In this document: piece by piece, positions 58,675 to 64,000 of the stretch
Numbering within the stretch: the first letter of the stretch is position 1
How the letters are laid out: every line of letters begins with the position of its first letter
Source: Gallionella sp.
GTDB taxonomy: Bacteria; Pseudomonadota; Gammaproteobacteria; Burkholderiales; Gallionellaceae
NCBI GenBank assembly: GCA_041671105.1
Contig: JBAZCE010000001.1
Location: forward strand, 869-64,868
Direction: 5' to 3'
Length of the DNA stretch: 64,000 nucleotides
Notes under the pieces: generated by a model
Database searches by the model: none
The model's input: only the letters and a program-made list of their open reading frames with translations
Told to the model about the DNA's origin: nothing
Made by a program: the position numbers and the translations under genes

Positions 58675-58677
58675 GCG

Positions 58678-59517
58678 TCAGCTTAGCGCACGTTTGAGTC
58701 GGCTGCGCAGCAATTGCCAGCGTAATTCGCGAGTATCTTCTGGTTCCGCAAGCTTCAATGTTGTCGCCCTCTGTCCCCGCCTCAGATAATAGCGGTCGAA
58801 CACCGACTGGCGCATCCCCCATTTGTGCAGGAACTGTTTGCCGCCGTCGTTCTTTTTGATCTTGCCGGTGGATTTGCATTGGAAGTGATAGACCAGCGAG
58901 TCACCGACACCCAGAAAGATGCGGCAGCCGGCATGCCAAAGCTTCATCGAAAAATCGTTGTCGCTGCTCATGCCGGGTGAGAATTCGCTGCTGTAGCCGC
59001 CAACCTTGAACCACCAGCTGCGGGCAACCAGCGTTGGTGGCCAGGTCGCCCCAAACCAGTCTTCTTTTTCATGTTGCGGCAACTCATCAAGCAATCGATC
59101 TTCTTCGAAGTTGCCTACGTCCTTGCCGTAATTGCCGAAGATCACGCAGGGGTTGCCGGTGTCGCGCGGCTCTATCATGGTGCCGGAGAGCATGAACAGG
59201 TCGGTGTCGATGTCCTTGAGCTTGTTTACCAGCGCCGTATCCCAGCCCGGGCAACAGTACATGTCGTCGTTCAGGTACAGGATGTAATCCATTTTGGCAT
59301 GCATGGCCGCTTCGTTGACTGCAAGGCAGATGCCGATGTTATCGGGAGATGCGGTGTAGTCGATTCCTTGTTCGCGCACCCATGCAAGGCTGCCGTCGCT
59401 TCCGTCATTCACGTGAATAATGATCTGATGGGAATAGGCTGAATTTTGTTTGATGCTGCGCACGCAGAGTTTGAGCAGTTCGAGGTTGTTCCAGGTCGGA
59501 ATCAATATAGAAAACAT
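58678..59517 (-). CDS. GT2 glycosyltransferase
   Basis: MFSILIPTWNN, HVNDGSDG, YLNDDM...PGWD, GGYS.EFSPGMSSD.D, YHF. Confidence 0.88.
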   Translation of the reverse strand: MFSILIPTWNNLELLKLCVRSIKQNSAYSHQIIIHVNDGSDGSLAWVREQGIDYTASPDNIGICLAVNEAAMHAKMDYILYLNDDMYCCPGWDTALVNKLKDIDTDLFMLSGTMIEPRDTGNPCVIFGNYGKDVGNFEEDRLLDELPQHEKEDWFGATWPPTLVARSWWFKVGGYSSEFSPGMSSDNDFSMKLWHAGCRIFLGVGDSLVYHFQCKSTGKIKKNDGGKQFLHKWGMRQSVFDRYYLRRGQRATTLKLAEPEDTRELRWQLLRSRLKRALS

Positions 59518-59621
59518 GGGAGCACCAAACGAATAACGGGTAAGCCCGATTTTACTGCACAATGGCCGGGCGGCAAGCGCGATGATGCGCCGATCGCCCT
59601 ATAACGTTACAATGCTAGGCT

Positions 59622-60668
59622 ATGAAGATGAACATTGTACAGGTTGTTAAGCGCTACGGCCCGGTGGGTGGCATGGAGCGCTATGTGTGGGAACTGACGC
59701 GCGAACTTCAGCTGCTGGGGCATCAGGTCACGGTTCTTTGCGAACGCTGCCATGTTGAAAAACCTGTTGGAATAACCGTCGTCGAACTGGGAGAGACAGC
59801 CAAGCGTCCCCGCTGGTTGTCGCAAGTTCGTTTCAGTTCCCGGGTGACGAATTGGGTTCAGCAGAATCCCTGTCCTGCGCGGGTCATCCACAGCCATGAG
59901 CGTCTGGGTGTGCACGACGTCACTACTTTTCATGGTCCTCCGTTTGCGACGATCTACGAGCTTGGCTGGTGGCGTTTTATTTCCTTAAGGGTATGGGTGC
60001 GTTTGTATCTCGAACGCCGGGAACTCGAAACCGCAAAATTCATCGTTCCCAATTCGTCTTTTATCAGTCGTCAGTTAGCCCGCTACTATCCGGAAATGGC
60101 TCAAAAACTGAGCGCTCCTATTGTGCCCGGCGTATTGCCGGTGCGTCAGCGCGAGCAGCGCGCCGTTCCGAAGGACGGCGGCGTGATCTGTTTTGTGGGG
60201 TGGGAATGGCAACGTAAAGGTTTGCCGCAGGCGGTAGAAATCGCAGTAGCATTGCGCGCGACGCGGCCCGATTTGGAGCTGTGGGTGGTGGGGCCCAATC
60301 CTGCCGAATTGGCGTCCTTGTTTGCCGGATGGCGCGAAGGCTATCGATTGCTGGGATGGCGCAACGATAACGACTACTTTGCCGAGGTGGACGTCTTGCT
60401 GCATCCTGCGCGCGCCGAGCCCTATGGCATGGTGATTTCGGAAGCGATGGCGGCCCGGGTTCCCGTGGTGATCTCGGATGTGTGCGGGGCAGCCGAGCAT
60501 GTCGGTGTTGATGCGGGTTTAGTTTTGCCGCTGGATGCACCGATTGAAGAGTGGGTCGACGCTGTCGCGGCGCAGTTGGATCGCACGCAATTGCCCCCCG
60601 CCTTTAAACGGGGCTGGGATGTCGTCGCTCAGGAATATGAACAAATTTACGCAGGGGTTTCTGCATGA
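59622..60668 (+). CDS. GT4 glycosyltransferase (WaaG-like)
   Basis: GGMERY, HSHER, F.G.EW.RKGL, HPARAEPYGMVISEAMAA..PV. Confidence 0.88.
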   Translation: MKMNIVQVVKRYGPVGGMERYVWELTRELQLLGHQVTVLCERCHVEKPVGITVVELGETAKRPRWLSQVRFSSRVTNWVQQNPCPARVIHSHERLGVHDVTTFHGPPFATIYELGWWRFISLRVWVRLYLERRELETAKFIVPNSSFISRQLARYYPEMAQKLSAPIVPGVLPVRQREQRAVPKDGGVICFVGWEWQRKGLPQAVEIAVALRATRPDLELWVVGPNPAELASLFAGWREGYRLLGWRNDNDYFAEVDVLLHPARAEPYGMVISEAMAARVPVVISDVCGAAEHVGVDAGLVLPLDAPIEEWVDAVAAQLDRTQLPPAFKRGWDVVAQEYEQIYAGVSA

Positions 60669-60725
60669 TCGGCCGTTGTCGCATTCAGCAGCAATTACCC
60701 GCTTTCATTCGAACTAAGGACAATC

Positions 60726-61639
60726 ATGTTTAGCATCGTCATCCCAAGCTGGAATAATCTGGCCTATCTGAAGCTGTGTGTCGAGAGCATCAGGAAGCAC
60801 TCCCAATTCGAGCACCAGATTCTGGTGCATCTGAACGACGGTTCGGATGGTTCGCTGGAATGGGTCAAGTCGCAGGGCATCAAATACACTCAGACCGATA
60901 AAAATGTCGGCGTTTGTCTGTCGGTGAACCATCTGGTGGCGCAGGCAAGTTGCGACTGGGTGCTGTATATGAATGACGACATGGTGGCCGCGCCCGGCTG
61001 GGATACCGGATTTATCGACGCCATTGCATCGGTGGACAGCGATCTGGTCATGTATTTCGGCACCCTGATTCAGCCCGAAATCGGCAAGAATGCCAATATG
61101 ATCAAACAGAATTTTGGCGAAACGCCGCAGGCCTTCGATGAGGCGCAATTCCTTGCGCAATGTATGGACGACAAGAGGGGCGATGTGGAAGGGGCTGCCT
61201 CCCAGCCCACGCTGGTGCATCGCAAGTGGTGGAGCATGCTGGGTGGCTATAGTCTGGAATTCAGTCCGGGGATGAGTTCTGACGACGATCTGTTGATGAA
61301 ATTCTGGGTGGCGGGCTGCCGCACCTACCGTATCGTGGGGAAAAGCCGTTTCTACCATTTTGGTTGCAAGAGCACCGGGCGCATCAAGCACAACTTGGGC
61401 GGGCGTATCTTCGTGATGAAGTGGGGGGTAACCCAGATCGAATTTCACCGGCTTATCTGCCTTCGCTCAGAAAACCCGATGCCGGCAACACAGTAAACAA
61501 CCCGCATAATTTCGTTCGAAACTCCCTGCTGGGCAGGATGCGTCGGGTGGGCTACGGCTTGACGCAAGACTATCCGCTGGGCGACATCGAGGCCTGGGAT
61601 CCGATGCCGGGGCAGGGAACATGGAGTTCGGGAAATTGA
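60726..61639 (+). CDS. GT2 glycosyltransferase, paralogue of 58678-59517; probable frameshift near 61451 (the uninterrupted frame ends at 61496)
   Basis: MFSIVIPSWNN, NDGSDG, NDDM..PGWD, GMSSDDD; a plausible C-terminus (AYLPSLRK...WDP) continues in another frame to 61639. Confidence 0.75.
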
Positions 61640-61747
61640 ATAAACGGGATTAAAATACCGGGTGCACTCATTTTAACGCGCTGTCATGATAGACAGACCC
61701 CGGTCGGGTGACTGACCGCTTTGTAAATAGTATGGAGAAGAATAAGG

Positions 61748-62527
61748 ATGGCTAGAGACTTCGGTGCAAAGGGTGAAGAGGATGTTGTAGATGTTTACGG
61801 CAGGATTTTTCCCAGCTATTCACGTTCAGAGATACACCCTGCGATCTCAACAATATTGAAAGACATGCCAAGAGGCAGTTTGCTGGATTTTCCGGCGGGT
61901 TCAGGAAGTCTGGCCTGGCGCCTGCAAAGTGAAGGATTTGAAGTGACGGCAGCAGATGTCGTCCCGGAAGCCTTTAAAAACCCGGAAATTGAAATTGTAC
62001 GAGGGGATCTGAATGGCATATTCCCCTTTGAGTCAAACCGCTTTGATTACGCCTGTTTCGTCGAAGGCCCGGAGCATGTCGAGAACGTGTTTCAATGCTT
62101 GCGTGAATTTGCACGGATATTAAAACCGGGCGGCACGCTGGTGGTTTCACTTCCGAATTATTCCAACCTGCAAAATCGAATCAAACAATTTCTCAACGGC
62201 GTCATCGAACCAGTCGTTTCATATGAATCCTTGAAGTCGGATTACAACGGCAATGAGTTTATGATTCATATCAATCGCCTTCCGTATCCGATGATGCGCA
62301 TGGCGCTGGAATTTGCCGGATTCAAGGTTGAAAGCGTTCATCAGGATCGCCCCAAGAAAAAACAGCGCTTGTTATGGCCGCTTGCGTGGGCAATTCAGAT
62401 GCTTACCGCGCTTCGGGGTGAGAAGGCGCAGAAAAAATACTGGATGAAGGACAATAACGCGACAGAGGTGCTGATGGGCGGAAACACACTCATTCTGGTG
62501 GCCAGGTTAAAGCACAAAGCCGTATAA
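61748..62527 (+). CDS. Class I SAM-dependent methyltransferase
   Basis: LLDFPAGSG, DLN..FPF....FD, EHV.N...LREFARILKPGG....SLPN; GGAG RBS upstream. Confidence 0.85.
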   Translation: MARDFGAKGEEDVVDVYGRIFPSYSRSEIHPAISTILKDMPRGSLLDFPAGSGSLAWRLQSEGFEVTAADVVPEAFKNPEIEIVRGDLNGIFPFESNRFDYACFVEGPEHVENVFQCLREFARILKPGGTLVVSLPNYSNLQNRIKQFLNGVIEPVVSYESLKSDYNGNEFMIHINRLPYPMMRMALEFAGFKVESVHQDRPKKKQRLLWPLAWAIQMLTALRGEKAQKKYWMKDNNATEVLMGGNTLILVARLKHKAV

Positions 62528-62558
62528 ACCCGCCGTCCGTCTTGCCGGAAAACGGCTG

Positions 62559-63803
62559 TTATGTCGCCGCATCTTCCCCGCGTGTGGCGACAGCCAATAA
62601 CACCACCAACGTCAGACTGTAAAACGAAACGAGCATTTTGATATTGAACGTCTCGACCGTCAGGCCAAATATAAAAAATCCAAGCGTCAGGCATACGCCC
62701 ATCATGCCTGCTGTTCGCTTGATATTTGAGCCTGACTTAGTCGATTTCACGAAGATGAACAGCGGCACGAAATAAATCGACAGGATCGAGAGCAGTCCGG
62801 GGATTCCCAGTTCCGCCAGATTGGCCAGCATCTGGCTATGCACTTCCCCTCTGCCCAGTTGAGCAGCTTCTTCCGTAATGAATCCGGACCTATACAGTGC
62901 CTCCATCGAATTGGCAAATCCGTCCGGCCCCAAGCCAAATACCGGGTTCTGGCCGTACAGATAGAGCGCGGCTTTCCAGAGCTGCAATCGTTGCCCGACC
63001 GAGGTGTCGGCATGGCCCTGCGAGAACGCAGCCAGGTCTATAAAGATCCGGTCTATCCTTTGCTGAACGAGATCGACAAAAAAGTAACTGGCTATGAGTG
63101 TGATCAGCAATAACGGGAACGCATAGGTTAATCTGACGATGCCGCGTTTTTTGTTTTGGAAAATCAGCCATACGGCTAACAAAATCGGGATCGCTATCCA
63201 CCCTCCCCGGGATTGGGAGAGTATTGAAACGTATATCCCTGCAATCCAGCCGAATGTTTTTAACGCAATGATCGCTTTGCTGTCCTGTTTAAGCCAGTTT
63301 ATTGAAAACAGCGAGAGAAATCCGAGCATTAGTGCAAGGTCGCCAAAATAGATCGGGTGTAAAAATGCAGTTGATGCACGCCCATCATAAAAATAATGTC
63401 CCCGCATGGACAATATCGTCAGCAATGCTGATATCGCGCCAATCGGCAGCCCGTATTGCAACCAGGACAGGGTGCGTATATCGGCATTTCTGAGCGCAAG
63501 ATAGATCGGGATCGCCAGCAGGAGTCTGGAGGCCGAGTCGTAATGGCGCAGTCCGAAATCGCCGTGATAGAGCTGGCTGAGAAAAAGGGCCAGCATGGCT
63601 GACGACAGGGTAATCGTAACAGCAATCGTATTGCCATCGTTCATCGGTTGGCGAGGTTGTTTGAAGAGGGCGATCAATGAGATTGCGAGCGACAGGAAAA
63701 ACAGCGCATTCATTCCCCCTTTTACGATCAACAGCAAAACCGGGTAACAGAACAGGATGATGGCGAGGATGCGTTCCTCAATGGTGAATTTGTTTGTCGG
63801 CAC
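62559..63803 (-). CDS. waaL: O-antigen ligase
   Basis: Polytopic; SQSRGGWIA, TSVGQRLQLW, P.FGLG, VHSQML..LAELG..G (Wzy_C motif); GTG start. Confidence 0.82.
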   Translation of the reverse strand: MPTNKFTIEERILAIILFCYPVLLLIVKGGMNALFFLSLAISLIALFKQPRQPMNDGNTIAVTITLSSAMLALFLSQLYHGDFGLRHYDSASRLLLAIPIYLALRNADIRTLSWLQYGLPIGAISALLTILSMRGHYFYDGRASTAFLHPIYFGDLALMLGFLSLFSINWLKQDSKAIIALKTFGWIAGIYVSILSQSRGGWIAIPILLAVWLIFQNKKRGIVRLTYAFPLLLITLIASYFFVDLVQQRIDRIFIDLAAFSQGHADTSVGQRLQLWKAALYLYGQNPVFGLGPDGFANSMEALYRSGFITEEAAQLGRGEVHSQMLANLAELGIPGLLSILSIYFVPLFIFVKSTKSGSNIKRTAGMMGVCLTLGFFIFGLTVETFNIKMLVSFYSLTLVVLLAVATRGEDAAT

Positions 63804-64000
63804 TTAACGAGTCTCCTTCAATTCGGGGTGGGGTGTGATGGCTTGATAGATTGCATCGCCCAATAGTAAGTAGCCAGTCGTTGAAAAATGCGTGTTGTTC
63901 GCGGGGTAAAGATCGACGGTCTTGTTCCGGATAGCCTGTTGTGTCATGCGCAGCAGGTTGGGGGCATCGAAACGCCGTTCCGCTTCGTCCCAGAATTTTT
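63804..64000 (-). CDS. 3' end of a gene running off the window; possible SGNH/AlgJ-AlgX-like protein
   Basis: Open frame ...KFWDEAERRFDAPNLL...DLYPANNTHFSTTGYLLLGDAI...KETR* ending immediately before the waaL start; xTH...G resembles the SGNH C-terminal block. Confidence 0.5.
   Translation of the reverse strand, partial: KFWDEAERRFDAPNLLRMTQQAIRNKTVDLYPANNTHFSTTGYLLLGDAIYQAITPHPELKETR

Overview
This 64-kb window is almost entirely a co-oriented (+ strand) cell-surface polysaccharide locus from a Gram-negative bacterium, probably a betaproteobacterium (inferred from gene content only). After tolC come GDP-mannose/fucose genes (manC, gmd, fcl), a diacetamido-uronate pathway (WbpO/A-, WbpB-, WbpD-, WbpE-, WbpI-like), an ArnC/ArnE/ArnT-like tailoring module, a first Wzx/Wzy/Wzz set, rmlBDAC, waaC, and WbpL/WbpM-like genes. 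A second ~16-kb block follows (rfbFGH plus a YerE-like ThDP enzyme, Wzx/Wzy, acyltransferase, wcaI, wcaJ), then core glycosyltransferases and waaL. The most unusual signal is four divergent 'four helix bundle' genes (23S-IVP/Avd-like), each wedged between two nucleotide-sugar genes. Each has its own family of degenerate 7-nt tandem repeats, arranged as a G-rich arm followed by complementary C-rich arms. The same heptamers occur in frame inside neighbouring enzymes: a 102-nt ORF-less mini-element in manC, an internal array in rfbG, and N-terminal extensions of gmd, fcl, rmlA and rfbG. Two of the arrays carry copies of a ~57-nt two-hairpin motif with compensatory base changes. A decayed copy of the 5' end of the GT2 gene at 57913 marks the left junction of the second block. 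All family calls come from motif recognition by eye; no database searches were run.
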